From NCBI GenBank assembly GCA_965644495.1, contig CBFFSA010000003.1, forward strand, positions 1,054,001-1,118,000: DNA of 64,000 nucleotides, in the 5' to 3' direction. This stretch comes from Perkinsela sp. CCAP 1560/9. Taxonomy: Eukaryota > Protista > Euglenozoa: Kinetoplastea. Each line of letters opens with the position of its first letter. The first letter of the stretch is position 1. Of the stretch, positions 22,262 to 35,300 are shown piece after piece. The notes below the pieces were generated by a model. That model was not told where the DNA came from. It did no database searches and saw only the letters and a list, made by a program, of their open reading frames with translations. The translations under genes and the position numbers were made by a program.

Positions 22262-23575
22262 TTATGATGCTTCACAAAGATTTGGAAGTAGCAACTCAGC
22301 ATTCAGGTCAATGAAACATAACAGGTCGTCGATGTTAGAGAGTATAGGATGCATTGCCCCAGCTTCAGTCCCACTCGCAGATATCAATGATGGGGCATGA
22401 ATCAAAAAACGGACAAGATGCTCTGCACCAAAGTATTTGGACCAGTTAACCCCGGTAGCAGTGTCGTAATGTAGGTCGCATGATGGCGTTGCGTATTGAC
22501 TGTGATTTTCATGAAAATCGGATTTTCGTTCAGTAATTCTTTGTGCTATTTCGCAGAAATAAAGTCGCTCGGAATCATACAGCAATATTTTTGGAAGTGA
22601 CGCATTGAACATTTCCCGAAGAGTGTGAAGTATGGACTCACATTCCTCAATTTCATCCCTAGTAACTTGTGGCAAGCTAGATAATTTTGACAAAAAGCGC
22701 TCGAGAACGGAATGAGCAGTTATGTGCTTCAGCGCACTCTTTGCCTGAGGAACAACTTCAACTGAATCTTTCGGCTGATTTTCTTGTGAAATATTTGTGA
22801 CATTCTGAGGCCCCTCATCGCTTATCTGAGTCTTGCGACGGACAGATTCGATATCACAGTTTTTCTTTGTAAAATAGTTTTCGCGAGCGCGGAGGTAGAA
22901 CAAAAGCCTAGAAGGGACCTTAATTTGTGGTAAAACCATAGAATGGTCTTTCTCGCATACTGAAGGCACTAAATGTTTCGGTAAAAGATCTCGTATACTG
23001 ATATTCTCATTTTGTATGGACGTCTGTAGCGCGCCCCTCAGCTCAGGCGGTCTCTCAGCCACATTTATTAAATGTGGCGAAGCTGCAGAGGATGAACTCT
23101 GATGTGACAGTCGAATGCGTATTTTTGGACGTGACATTGCCTTGGAATCACTTAGAGAGGCATCTTTATCCGTTGTAGTGTGGTGCGGTGTTTCATATTT
23201 CTCATGCATCAAAGTTCGTGGAATTTCATTTTGCAAAGCAGTTTTCAACGTGTGAAGCTTGGGCACGATCACATCTTGTATTTGCAATGCAAGCTTTCCA
23301 AATACGCTATCAACCCCGTTGAATTTAAAGCAGTTCTGGAGAAGAAGTTCAAAGTCGGCTTCCCACTGCTCGAGCGATGTGTATTTTTTCTCATCGTTTT
23401 TCTCCGACATTTCATCTAGCCACATTCCTTGTGGACAGGCTTCTTGATATAATTTGGTCAATTGGGGAAAATCAACCGTTGGATTTCTTACGAAAAAGTT
23501 GCTAGTATCCATCCTACGTATTTCAGATATCAGCGCTGCGATGTCTCCATTCACCGAATCTGCGGAAGATGACAT
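22262..23575 (-). CDS. Bromodomain + MRG-domain protein (kinetoplastid BDF5/BDF6-like architecture)
   Basis: Bromodomain Y.S...W..DF.L...NC..FN; MRG-like FNASLPKILLYDSER and YFGAEHLVRF. Likely start MSSSADS, since the longer ORF begins inside a MITE. Confidence 0.8.
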   Translation of the reverse strand: MSSSADSVNGDIAALISEIRRMDTSNFFVRNPTVDFPQLTKLYQEACPQGMWLDEMSEKNDEKKYTSLEQWEADFELLLQNCFKFNGVDSVFGKLALQIQDVIVPKLHTLKTALQNEIPRTLMHEKYETPHHTTTDKDASLSDSKAMSRPKIRIRLSHQSSSSAASPHLINVAERPPELRGALQTSIQNENISIRDLLPKHLVPSVCEKDHSMVLPQIKVPSRLLFYLRARENYFTKKNCDIESVRRKTQISDEGPQNVTNISQENQPKDSVEVVPQAKSALKHITAHSVLERFLSKLSSLPQVTRDEIEECESILHTLREMFNASLPKILLYDSERLYFCEIAQRITERKSDFHENHSQYATPSCDLHYDTATGVNWSKYFGAEHLVRFLIHAPSLISASGTEAGAMHPILSNIDDLLCFIDLNAELLLPNLCEAS

Positions 23576-23703
23576 TCGAATTGTATGTTCAAATGAATGC
23601 TTGTGAAAAAGATCACGAAACAGAAAATCGATCACACTGTGTACAAAAATTTTGACTGTCACACTCGAAGTCGGAACAGTATCCAATTTACGTAAATGTA
23701 TTA

Positions 23704-23790
23704 CTGTACCCCCCCTACTTACATGTAGATACTTACATGTATCTGTCACTACTTTTCGCGAAAAGGTGACAGATAACTAGGGGGGTACAG
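23704..23790. mobile_element. TA-flanked MITE (CTGTACCCCCCCTA TIR)
   Basis: TA-CTGTACCCCCCCTA...TAGGGGGGTACAG-TA; related termini at ~6600-6620 and ~7130-7147. Confidence 0.75.
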
Positions 23791-24190
23791 TATTAATCAT
23801 TTTGGTGGAATCTCCCTTTTTTCCCCCAAATTATTTTCAAAAAAAAATACTTTAAAGTTTTTTCGAGTTCAGCAATTTTACAATCCTTCTAGATTGGTAT
23901 TGACGAAAGAGAAGACTTTGACTTATTTACACCAAGCCATTCGGGGACATTCATAGAAAATAGGAGTTCTAGGGCTCAAATTATGGCACACCAGGTTGAC
24001 AAACTTTTGACACACTTATAGAGTTCGGTAGCGCACCGATACTGTATGGACAAAACATGGACGAGCGAAATGGGAAATTGAAAGCACGAATGGCCTTTAT
24101 TTCAGCCTCAGAAAATGAGCTCATGAAATACAAGTAAATAATTGTTGAATCCTTTTTTACCTCTACTCTCTCTCTCCCCGGCGCAAACCC

Positions 24191-27100
24191 ATGACGCGAC
24201 GTCGGCGTGACCACCGGGGATCCAAGGATTGCGCTACTGGGCTTAACACCCCATCATCCTCGACCTCAGGGGGACCTGCTACCACCCCTCTCAGACGAGA
24301 CTCCAGCCCCCACCCCTCCCTAGGGGTCGAGGGGCTGCGCCAGCTCTCCATCGAGGGGCTGAAGAAGGTGAGGCCGGACTTGGTCGTCCGAGTCAAGGAG
24401 CAGCACAAGCCATGTGCCTGCGACTTCTGTGGCCCCCCTTTCGTGCCAATCAGGCGGGACAACCGCCTGCGTGATGAGTGCGTTACTCTGCGCTCTCGGC
24501 ACAGGAACGACATAAGAGTGCGTGCTTCGACGCAAGCCTCTGGGACCCCTCCATCCCGTCCCACGTCTTCCTCTCGATCCTCCCGCGCCAACTCCACGGC
24601 TAGTAAGGATCACACGTTCTTCTTCCTCTCGGGGCCGATCCCGGAGCTTTGACCGTATAGGTACTACGGTGGCCCCTACCCCCATCCTGAGGAAAGCAGC
24701 CAACGTTTCCTTCGCTCCTCTCCCCACCTCCGACAGTCGGAGCACGTCCTACGCCCGCATCTCGGCGCCTGGCCTGGCGACCGCCCCCCGATCACGTCGG
24801 AAGCGATGGATAGCGACGCCCCCGCCCCGATGGAGCGTCCGCTGAAACTCCCCGCGCTTGCGCAGAAGTTCAAGGCGATGGACGCTGTGCGACTCAAACT
24901 CCTCCCCGCCCCTTCTAGTTCGGGGTTCCCTCTAGCTCAAACCGGAAGATGCTCTGTCTCTCTGCGTCTCCTTTCGGCCCTACACTCAGAGCACGAGAGG
25001 ATCTCCCTTGAGGAAATGGAGGCCCGGGCACGCCGTGAGCTGACCCTGGAGGCTGTCAGTGGTCTGCACGCGGCCCAGAAAGCCATCGAGGATTGCTTTC
25101 TACTGATCAATGCGGGCTATTTGGTCTGCATTGAATGTGGGGTAGCCCAACCCCACCATGTAGCTCTACAGGCGCACCTAGTAAAGGTGCACGGTCCCAA
25201 GCGGCTAAGGAAAGCGTCTATTGCCCTGCTAAAGGAGCATGCCCCTGAAGTCCTCCGGATCAAAACGGAGCGGTACGCCTCCATGCTGGCGTACTATGAG
25301 GGGTTCTGCGCTGAGGAAGCCCGCCTGCGCATGGCCCAGGTCAACATAGTGGCTAAAGGACCTCCATGGCCCGTGCCCCCCCTACGCTCCTTCCCTCTCC
25401 CCATTCCCAACTCCCCTCCTCCTTTCCCCCCATCTCTACCGGTGGACAGGTCGCGTACCCGATACAGACGAGAGCACCCATTGGGGAAGTCCCGGATAAA
25501 CCATACGAGCCGGCAGGGGAAGAGGTCCTCAAAATCCTCCTCGACATTGGCCCCGAGCGCTTGGGTCATATAGTCATCCCCTGCCCGCCCGAACGCTCGT
25601 TTCAAGCTACAATCAGCATTGTGGGCAACACTTTAGGGGTCCCCAGAGAGAGCCTGCTGCTGAAGGACATCTCCGGCGAAGCCACCCCCATCACCGACTG
25701 GGAAGGGCTGGACAGAGCGCAAAGAGTCGCGGTCAGCCTCTCCCTTCCCCCCTTTCCCCCAGGGCCTAGCGATGGGGCCACTGTCAGGGTGTATGACGGG
25801 ACACACCACGGCATGGTCTCCGCCCCAGGGGTGAGTGCGGCGCAAGACATCCCCGCCGGTCTGAACGAGGTCTTGGGTATCCCCCGGATCATGACCGGTG
25901 CCTGGGAGCCCCGCAACTACGAAGAAGGGCTCCTTTGGTGTTTCCTTCCCACAGAAACCCTGGTAAGCGAAACGGGCTGAACCACCCGTGTTGTTCAATG
26001 CAACCTCCGCAGAGGCTGTATCGAGGCAAACCCAGGTCCTCATTCTAAGACGAGGCGGGCCCGGAGGGAGACCCAAAATGTCCTTACCCCTGGCGCTACA
26101 ACCCCTACCCCGGGTGGGGCAGGTACTATCATGGAGGGAATCGCGGCCTCTACATCTCCTCGTAGCTCCTCCCGTCAGGAATGCGAGTGACCCACCTCTC
26201 CTCCGCCGCCTTACCCCCATCTGGTTGGGACGGACCCTCCCTACAAGGCCCCCAGTGTCACGCCCCCCAATACCCAAGGCGCGGTGACGCAGCAGGGTGA
26301 CATCACGCCCTCCCCGGACAGCCTGGCACAGCTCCTTGAAAGGGGCTCGCTGCGTACCTTATACGCAGTTCAGTGCCCTGCCTGGAAGGACTACACTAAG
26401 GCTGTGTGTAGCAACTTCCTGGGGAAGTCGCATGAAGGCAAAATTAAGATCGCCTGGGATCTACTCCTCGGGGTTAAACGATTTCTATTTTTCCCCGAGG
26501 AGAACTGTCCCAAAGGCAGCTGGCTAGGGAGCTCCGCAAATGGGCTCACCTCGAGGGGTCGGAGACCATAGCTCCGACCCCCCTCCCCACCAACAGCTTC
26601 CCCCGATCCGTCATCAAGCGGGTAATAGAGCTGATTCGGGCGGGGGCTTTCTCCAGGGTGGCCAAAATTTTGGAAGCCCCCCTCGATCCGCCGGCAAACC
26701 CGGTTACAGCGGGGGAACAGGCGAAACGCCTCGACCCAGCGGGAGGTCCATATAACACCCCCAAATTTGTCTATGGCAAAGACATACATGGACCCCTCCC
26801 GTCGGCGGCGGATGTTGCCCGGAAGGCAACAAGCCTGGCGCCGCTTAGAGCGCCAGGCCCGTCCGGATGGATCAAGGAACTCCTGGTCCCCATCCTGCAG
26901 GAGGACGATCCGAGGGACGTGGTCACTTGGATCATCCAAGGGATCCTCACCAACTCCCTCCCCCCCACGATGAGGGATTTTCTCACCGGAGCAAACCTTA
27001 AGCTTTTCAATAAGCCTGGGGCCCCGGTGGGACACCACTCATCCTATGAGCCCATAGCCATGGGGGAGGTCCTACTGAAGCTCGCGAGGCTACTGGCCCT

Positions 27101-28688
27101 CGAGCAGGTCACAGACCATCTCCCAGCAGTGTTTCAGGGCCTCCGATTTGGAGCCCAATACACCCAAGGCTGTGAACATGTCATTTACGAGGTGAGAGAT
27201 CACTTCCGTGACAGGCCCGACGAGGTGGTCGTGGCGGCCGACTTGCAAAACGCGTTCAACAGCTTTTCACGCGCGGCCATATTCCGCGCCTTAAAAAGGT
27301 ACCCTAACCTATCCCCTATGATAGGGATCTCCCTTTTCGGGTACGGGACCCCTAGTAAACTCCAACTGGGGGAGGGGATACATATCCCTAGTTCCCGGGG
27401 GGTCAAACAAAGGGATCCGATGGCGCCCATCCTGTTCGCCTTAGGGATTCAGTTCATGCAACATGGTCCGGGGGGACTGAAACTTCTGGGGGCGTACGTA
27501 GGCGCCACGGAAGCGAGGGAAGAGGAATGGGTCCTCTCCAAGGTCCCCAAGGTCACTAATTTCTTGGGTAAACTCAAGGATTTACCGAGACAGTGTGCCC
27601 TTCCTCTCCTCCGCCTATGCGGGAGCTCCCGGTGGAACTTCATAGTTCGCACGCACGAACCGGGGGTGACCAAAAAGGCGAACCTGCAGGTGGACGCGGC
27701 CATTACCGCATGCTCCGAAGCTCTTATCGGGGGGATGGGTGCAATGGGAACGACACCGTTCGTAAATAAACTTTTTAGTAAAAAGTTTTTAGTAAAAGTT
27801 TTTACGTCGGACTTCCTGGGCACCATCCCCTTCGAAGACAAGGTGGTGGACATGCAGGCCAAAGCTGTCAAGGCCCTACAAGGTCGGCGCCCCGGCACCC
27901 CCGCCAGGGAGCAGCGACGCGCTTATGGGGCGGCTGATTTGGACAAGGCACCGTTGGACAAGGCCACGCATCTGGTCTGCATGCGCCAGATCCAGAACAT
28001 CCACTCGACCAAGTGGATGAATGCGTGGCCAAATAGGCCGGAGTACTACATGCGGGATCCAGAATGGGAGACCGCTGCTAGACTCCGGTACATGGTGGCC
28101 CCCACCTCCGAACCTGAGACCCAATTTGTGTGCGGCGCGACCCTCAAAAATGAGGATTTCTGCGTCCACGCCATGGATTGTAAAAAGGTTCGGGGGAAGA
28201 CACAAGCCTCTCTCCACAAGGGGGTCAATGAAACGTTCCGCAACCTACTAATCCAGTATGGTTTCACCCCGGACCTGGTCGAACCTAGGTTCGGCAACGG
28301 GCGGGGACCGGACATCTGTTTCCTTTTGGGGTGGAAACTAGTCCTAGTGGACGTGACGGTGGTGAACCCACTGGCACCGTCCTACGTGGATAAGGAGGCA
28401 GCTGAGCCCTCCTTCACTGTGAGGCAGGCTGAGCGCCTCAAAAGGCGCACTCATGAGGAAATGGCGGGGGCCAGGGAGATGGTTTTTTTCCCTTTGGCCT
28501 TCACCACTTACGGTGTCCCCGGCCCCGAGACCCTCAAGTTTCTAAATCTGGTATCTCGGAAGGCCACCGGCGAGAAGAATGGTTGCCTCAGCCATTTTAT
28601 CATGGCAATCGGGGTAGCCATCCAAAAGGGGAACGCCCAGATAGCGCATGCCGCGGTACAAAACTGGTACCGTAGGGGAGTGCGCTAA
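24191..28688 (+). mobile_element. CRE/SLACS-clade non-LTR retrotransposon, copy 1 (defective)
   Basis: C2H2 finger CIECG...H...H; RT motifs APGPSGW, PIAMGEV, DLQNAFNS, GVKQ.DP; RLE HAMDC..H, GPD, VDVTV, K, FFPLAFTTYG. Several stops and frameshifts; the YLDD segment is deleted at ~27452. Confidence 0.9.
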
Positions 28689-28999
28689 TGGGTTCGGGGG
28701 AATAATTTTAGTGTTTTGAGTGCCCTTAAAAACTTTAAAAAACTTGGAGGAAAAAAGGGAGATTTGATCATTATTTAATAATACAATATTAAAATATCAA
28801 TAATGTGGGGGAAACTTCAACGGTGAAAATTATGAATAAGACTGAATCATTTCATCAGTGTTAAAGGGTTTCGTAATATAGTAGTTCATCATGGACTAAA
28901 TTACTCCGCAGAGAAAAATTCATCATGTAGAAAAAAGAAAGTACCGCCATGCACATTGTGGTACCAGTCTACACAGCAGAATAGGAGGTTACCTCAGGT

Positions 29000-29840
29000 G
29001 AATGGCATATCTTGCGGTCTCATTGGGACCAATTTGTTTACCAATCAATGTCTTGAGACTCAAGACATTGAAAGGTGCGTCAATTTCATTCTTCCTTCTT
29101 ACGACCTTGGTACGTGGCCCCTGGTAAGCATTTCTGAAACAAGACTTCAGACTGTGCGTGTTCACCCCGCTGCACCTCTCCTGAGGGAGCGGCGTAGCTC
29201 CTGGAGGCCCCGCTAAGCCTGACACAAAACGCACGCACAACCCACGCAAGGCAGGCAAAGTACGGGACGAGTTCACGTCGGACAGGACTCTGATCCCAGC
29301 AGGAACCATGCAGGATTACAGCAGGAACCATGCATACGGGAGCTAGCATACGCTACGATGCGAGTCCGTCATCTTCGGTGTCCATAAGTCCTTCCGGGCT
29401 TCCACAACCGGTTTTGATGTTCATGCGCTCGTTAGCGAAGAGATACAGCCCTTGATGCGACGACCGATATCATCGGCGCAATCCGCAATGGCGGAAATCG
29501 CACCATGGGGCATTTGACACGGACTTTGGCACAAAACCTGGACAACGCCTTCAACTCCATCATCGGGTCGTCCTTCCTTGTTCCAGTAACCTGGAGTAAG
29601 AGGTTCGATGACTCTGAGGGGGGTCTCTTTCTGTTACAGTTCCCCAAGCACTATTTTTATGTGCGGGGGGACTACATCCGCAGTACCAGGGGGTGAGGCA
29701 GGAGGGGATACTCGCACCCATTCTATTCTCAATAGGTATCCAAAATGTCTAGACAAGGTGGACGATAATTTCCCCGTGGCCCCATCTCTCCCTGGATTTC
29801 CGAGTCAGCATGTGAATATAACGTCCATGAAAGGAGTGTG
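29000..29840 (+). pseudogene. Highly decayed RT fragment of a further CRE-like element
   Basis: Ordered remnants: VHP, AMAE, NLDNAFNSI, IRSTRG-VRQ, RYPKCLDKVDDN. Confidence 0.5.
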
Positions 29841-30108
29841 ATGTGAATATACAGTACAGTAGTAAAAATGAAGAGATGAGCACATTACGAATAAAATATA
29901 GAGATTAAGGAAATTTTCACGCCTACAATAAGATATCAAACCAGCACCAACTCTGGCAAAGATAAAAATACTAAAAACTATGAAGAATTAGCATACTAAT
30001 ACAGTTCTTTACGTCTAAAAACGCAATTGTGAATTCTTTATGGGAAATATTAAAGCCGAGCAATAAATCAAGATGCGCTTTTGTGAATGGTATGGATACA
30101 ACACGATT

Positions 30109-31980
30109 TTACGACCTCCTGAACCAACAACTTCTTTGCTCTTTCCCATCCGTACAGAATGGAGGATTCGCGATGAAGTCCACAACATCGACGTCATGAT
30201 CCGTACTTAACTTTTCCCGTAACGTCCGAATTTCCAAATTTGGTTTAGCGCTAGCATCCAATGAAGGGCACACCACGCGCGCTACCGCCAGGCGTACATT
30301 GACTACAGTATCCGAACCAAGTCCCACAAAGGCGTGTAAAAAATTCTCTAAAAATAAGTCCACGGCGTTGCTCCTTAACAGCTCAAAACAAATCTTCACA
30401 AAAAGCATCCGAGAGGCATAGTGCGGTTTCGTGGCATATTCCAGCACATTAGAAAGCGTCTCGGTGAGATAATTAGACTGCGTGCTGTGGAGCTGTGCCA
30501 TCACCTGCACAACCGCGCACACGCCCTGGGAACGCACATCCGCGACACTGTCCTCAAGAAGCCGCATCGAGAGCTCCTCGAGGTACTGGTAACAAAACTC
30601 TGGGGTGGTAAACGCGGTCAAATGACACAAAGAACGCGCAACGGATTCTCGAACCCTCCAGTTCTCTGTGGCACCTGGGACCGCACAGATTAACAAAAGT
30701 ACGCGCTCACGCAATGCCGGGGACAGGACCTTTACCAATTCATCAGAATGTCGCAGGACGGCAATCTTAAGCTCATCCGCGTCACGAAGAAACTGTTCAA
30801 AGGCAGGAACCATTATCTCCTGTGAGATCTCTGGGCTCACCACGCGTACAATTTCATGCAGCCCGCTGGCTGTGGCATGTCGTACTTTCGGGATACTACT
30901 CTCTAAAAATTGTCGGAAACAGTTCTCCGCTTCGCACCACCGTGTCGGACCAATTTGCTGTAGCACAGCAGGGAAGTTGTGTGCGCAGATCCCGCAAATT
31001 TCTTTGTCGCTGTCTTCCTCGGGACTCATTAATGAAGTAAACTGAGCAATCATGGATTGTGAGATGTGTTCCGGTTGTATTGTGTGAAGCAGTGGTCCAA
31101 GACACTGGGCTGCACTTAGACGTACCCACCGTGAGGAGTCTTCCGATAGTGTTTGGTAAATCTCAAAGATTTCGGTATGGCGGTGCTTCACGTCAAGAGC
31201 CTCAGAAATGTTCACCAAGGCTTCCGCGCAGGACTTGCGCACACCCCAAATCTCGTCCTTGCATAGGGAACGGAAAAAGGGGAAAAGTAAATCGTGCGAC
31301 TTGTCCGGTCCCAGAAGTTGCATCATTTTATCCAAGTGGGAGGCTACACCTCTGCGTACGTTGAAAGAAGAATCCTCCGATAGCTTTCGCATTACCGGAA
31401 GAATAGTTTCCTCCGTAGTTTGAGGCCCGAAGAGCGAGGCTAAGTCGTTTAAGATTTGCGAAGCGATCACACGAGACTCTTCCCCTCTTGATGCTTCGGT
31501 CAAATTCAGAATAGGACATAACAGGTCTTTGGGTACATCCTCGTGTACTAGCAGTGGTCCAAGATCTACGATGCAGGAAGCCGCAGCTGAGATAACATCC
31601 GCATTCGGGTCATTTGTCAACTCGAAGGCATGTAGGAGTAACGTATATATCACTTCTTGGTGTTGCACGCTTTCAACGCTACCCATCAAGAAATTAGCTA
31701 GAGGGGCAAATTGCTCCACCACTGCGTGTCGTACTGACGGCTCGCTGTCAGCAATAAAATGTGACAATATCGGTAAAATTCTATTTAAAGTTTCTTTTGC
31801 CCCAGCTTCTTGAGAAGTCTCAACCAGATCTTGAGCTAGCAACATCCTTTGCAAAGCAAATTCGCTGGTGTGATATCTTTCAAGACGATCAAGGGGGTTG
31901 AGAGTGTCGTCGATGGCATACTCCTCAAATAGAAGTTCATCTGTCTCTAAGTCCTTTAACGATGCTTCAGTATCAATCAT
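30109..31980 (-). CDS. PPP4R1: HEAT-repeat protein phosphatase 4 regulatory subunit 1-like (PP2A-A related)
   Basis: LNPLDRLERY, DEIWGVRKSCAE, DSSRWVRLSAAQCLGP, CAHNFPAV...G..RW. Confidence 0.8.
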   Translation of the reverse strand: MIDTEASLKDLETDELLFEEYAIDDTLNPLDRLERYHTSEFALQRMLLAQDLVETSQEAGAKETLNRILPILSHFIADSEPSVRHAVVEQFAPLANFLMGSVESVQHQEVIYTLLLHAFELTNDPNADVISAAASCIVDLGPLLVHEDVPKDLLCPILNLTEASRGEESRVIASQILNDLASLFGPQTTEETILPVMRKLSEDSSFNVRRGVASHLDKMMQLLGPDKSHDLLFPFFRSLCKDEIWGVRKSCAEALVNISEALDVKHRHTEIFEIYQTLSEDSSRWVRLSAAQCLGPLLHTIQPEHISQSMIAQFTSLMSPEEDSDKEICGICAHNFPAVLQQIGPTRWCEAENCFRQFLESSIPKVRHATASGLHEIVRVVSPEISQEIMVPAFEQFLRDADELKIAVLRHSDELVKVLSPALRERVLLLICAVPGATENWRVRESVARSLCHLTAFTTPEFCYQYLEELSMRLLEDSVADVRSQGVCAVVQVMAQLHSTQSNYLTETLSNVLEYATKPHYASRMLFVKICFELLRSNAVDLFLENFLHAFVGLGSDTVVNVRLAVARVVCPSLDASAKPNLEIRTLREKLSTDHDVDVVDFIANPPFCTDGKEQRSCWFRRS

Positions 31981-32369
31981 TCTTGAAGTCCACTGTTTTT
32001 CTCAATGAATTGAAGTGTCCAAAAATTATTTTCCCAGAAAGGTCAAGGCCTAGCCTGCGCCATTGCAGTCATGAATAACATCAAAAGGAAAGTCAGGGCT
32101 AAGCTCAATAAAAATTACACATTGGAAAGCAAAAAAATGTGGTCAGCAATCTTATGATACTCGTTCATGTAAATTTGTGTGAACGAATATATAATTTGTG
32201 TAGAAAAATACAGGCTTGCAAGTTGTCTAGCTATTGCAGGCAAACTAATCTATGGGGTGCGACGAACACTGTGATTTGCCATCTTTCATGTTTCGAGTTT
32301 CGTAGCACTAATATTGTAAATAGTCCCTGGTTAGTTGAGCATTTTCACATCTATGGCACTGGGTGAAGA

Positions 32370-35300
32370 TTACCACAGTTGTGTAAGCTCGTCCACAAGA
32401 TGTTGCAGCGACTCCACAGTGTGCGTTTCGATCTCTGGGTTTCGATACCCGTTCATATCTTCCACAATGTCCTCCTGCTCCGGGAAGGAGAGGTAGCGGA
32501 ACGTGTTCAGAAGATCACCGTCCACAACTCCCTCGGATGGGGCAAACGAGCGCTTCAACTGGTACTGACGACGGATCATCCACGTCTCCAAAGGTGCCAT
32601 TCGTTCACCAATGTGTCGAATCATGTCGAGGCCCGTTGTGCCTCTGTGCCCTTCCAGCGGAACAAGCATCGATAAAGACCCACTGACCCCTCCGTACAGA
32701 AGGCCGTTCTTTGCATAAATAAGTGACGCTGAACTGGGCGTTGCCGAGTGGGCTCCAAAGCAGTTAAGAATAGCCCGATTAATAAAGTCTCCCACATTAA
32801 AACGAGCCAGTATCCGTAATTTTTGGGACTTTTTGCTCTCCGTATGTTGGTTAGGTTTATTTGAGATTGTCAAATTGTTCATGCTATCAAAGGAGGTAAA
32901 ATAATAAACACCGTCTTTCGTATTTTGTGGCGTACCTGCAACAGCTGTAACCCACTGAGGTACAACGTCCTCCGCCAAATATTCCAGAGAGCCGCGCAAA
33001 TCATGATATTGGCATAGCGCCAGAGAACGAGAAATGTCACCAGCCATGAGAAGACCACTATCTGACTCAGCGTGCAAACAAGTGGGCATGACATTAATGT
33101 TGAGGAAACACTCTTTATGGAGTTCACGTGTATTACCACTGGTTTCCTCCCACCGATAAATCGTAACTTTCGCACCCAACGCTGCCACGAGTCTACCCTG
33201 GATGGTCTCCAGCGCTTGCACCCCACTGGGCTCTGTCAGCACGGTACAGGGATGCAAATGACCATCGCTTTCCACTTGAAATACCATAATTCGGCCGGTT
33301 TGTGACATCACTTCTTCTACATCGGCATGTGCGGTTGCTACAATCACATATTCTTGTTTATCGTTCCCCACTCCCAACTGTCCCACATGTAGCGCCATAG
33401 CCATTTCGCTAGACTTCGCATCTAGAGCGTACGAGGCTAATTCCTCCCACTCGTTTACATCCACAATACGAATCGTATCTCGGACTTCCAGGGAGGAGAT
33501 CCCATCTAAATGAGGAACGCCAGGATATCGTCGGGTAAGTAAACTAATCCACCCAGGATAGTTTGAGAGAGATCGTACCTTTACTGGGGCCTCCGCGAGT
33601 GCCGCGGTTTGAGCGGTAAAAGGCTGTAGTGAGCCCAACGTGGCCCTCTGCAAAACGCCCGACTCAGTTAGGAAAAGCAAAGAACGTGGGGCATCAATTT
33701 TTTCGTTTTGAGTTCCATGTATTGAGCATAATCCATGCAAAGAGGGAACAGTCACTTTATTCACGGCAACATCGCCATCGGCAAAATGAACCACGCGTGT
33801 GCTTGGACCAATGATACAAAAACATGTGGCATCAAAGTCAGAGATGGAGTACTCTCCAGGGCCTAAGTGCAAATATCGCGCAGTGCCACATAAAATATCC
33901 TTCTCACCAAAGTGAATGCGCCACCATTGTAGACAGCCTGATTGAAGAACTGTGAAAAGATAGAGGGAACCCGCCCAATTGCAGAAGTGTAGATATCGAG
34001 AAGAGGTTTCGGTTTTCAAGGTGTGCTTGCGCATTGGAGATTTTTTCGATTGAATAAGTAAGTTTATTGCTGTTTCTCCCCAGGTACTGAGGGCACATAC
34101 CGTATTCTTCGTTTCGGGGCTAAAAAAGAAACCTATGCTTGCAATGTCATCATCAGAGGAGTAAATAGCATTTTTGAAACTGTATTGCTTGGTTTCATAC
34201 GGTTCATCACTGAATGAATGCAGAAAGAGGTGGCGATACGTTGCGAACAGCACCATGTTGTGTGCAATCGTGGCCAGTGTGATATTCTCTTCCTCCGGTG
34301 GGAGAATTTGAAAGAATGGTCGGCCAGAATTAAAATCACAACCCACAATAGATTCTGGGGTTACCTGAATGAGTCCGAAGGATTGAATGTTCATATCTGT
34401 CAAAGTCCTTCCTAAACATATGGTTGGATTATCATAGTTCAAGTAGGTCAATTTTTCTCGTTTCACTTCCTCAGAATAGAAAGTGAGACCAATCGCTTCG
34501 GATATTGTGTTTATGATAACATGACTCCACAATCCTGTCGAATCTCTTATTTCCACATGAGACATGCGGTTCGCCCCTTCTATCAGAGAAACAATTTCTC
34601 CGGGTTGCAGCGAGACACCGAAATCCACAATACGAAGAGATCCATCCTTCAAACCTCCTCCACACAGGAGCAAACTGGAAGGCTCATCCGGTTGATTGGC
34701 CATATGCGTCATATCCAAAATTGGACCAAGATTGGGTAGGAAAGTCACTACTTGACCCCGCGATTCGGGCAAAGGCGAATTCTTATTTGTATCTCTCCTC
34801 CTTGATGACTTTTGAGAAGTTCGCTCCATGTGACTTGGTAGAAAAAGAAACACACTGTCACCTAATTTACTACCGACAAGAATCATATTCGTCTCGGACG
34901 TGTTATTTAGCCGAAGCAAGGTTGTTGGAGAAGGAATCAGCTCCAGATGCTTCGTTTCAACGGGAACAGAATCTTTTGCTGAAGGATCAACCGTGACGCC
35001 AAACAGTAGGCCATTGAGGTTCCCGACCAGGTATCGGTTTTCGGAAAGTCGGGTCCAGGACGTGGGAGGGGCACTTCGGTCCAATGTGTCCTCTGGATCG
35101 ATATCTTCTATGTCTTCAAAAAAGGGATGCGCAACCAGGAGTCCATCCTTTTCGACGAACGTGACCTTACTATCTCCCACCAGTAGTACTTTAGTGCGAG
35201 AGAGAGGGATAATGAGATTCGCTGTGGGATCCATATTATCCATTCCTATCCTGTATAACAACCGGGGGAAGGTATTTTTCGTAATGGCAAAATCATACAT

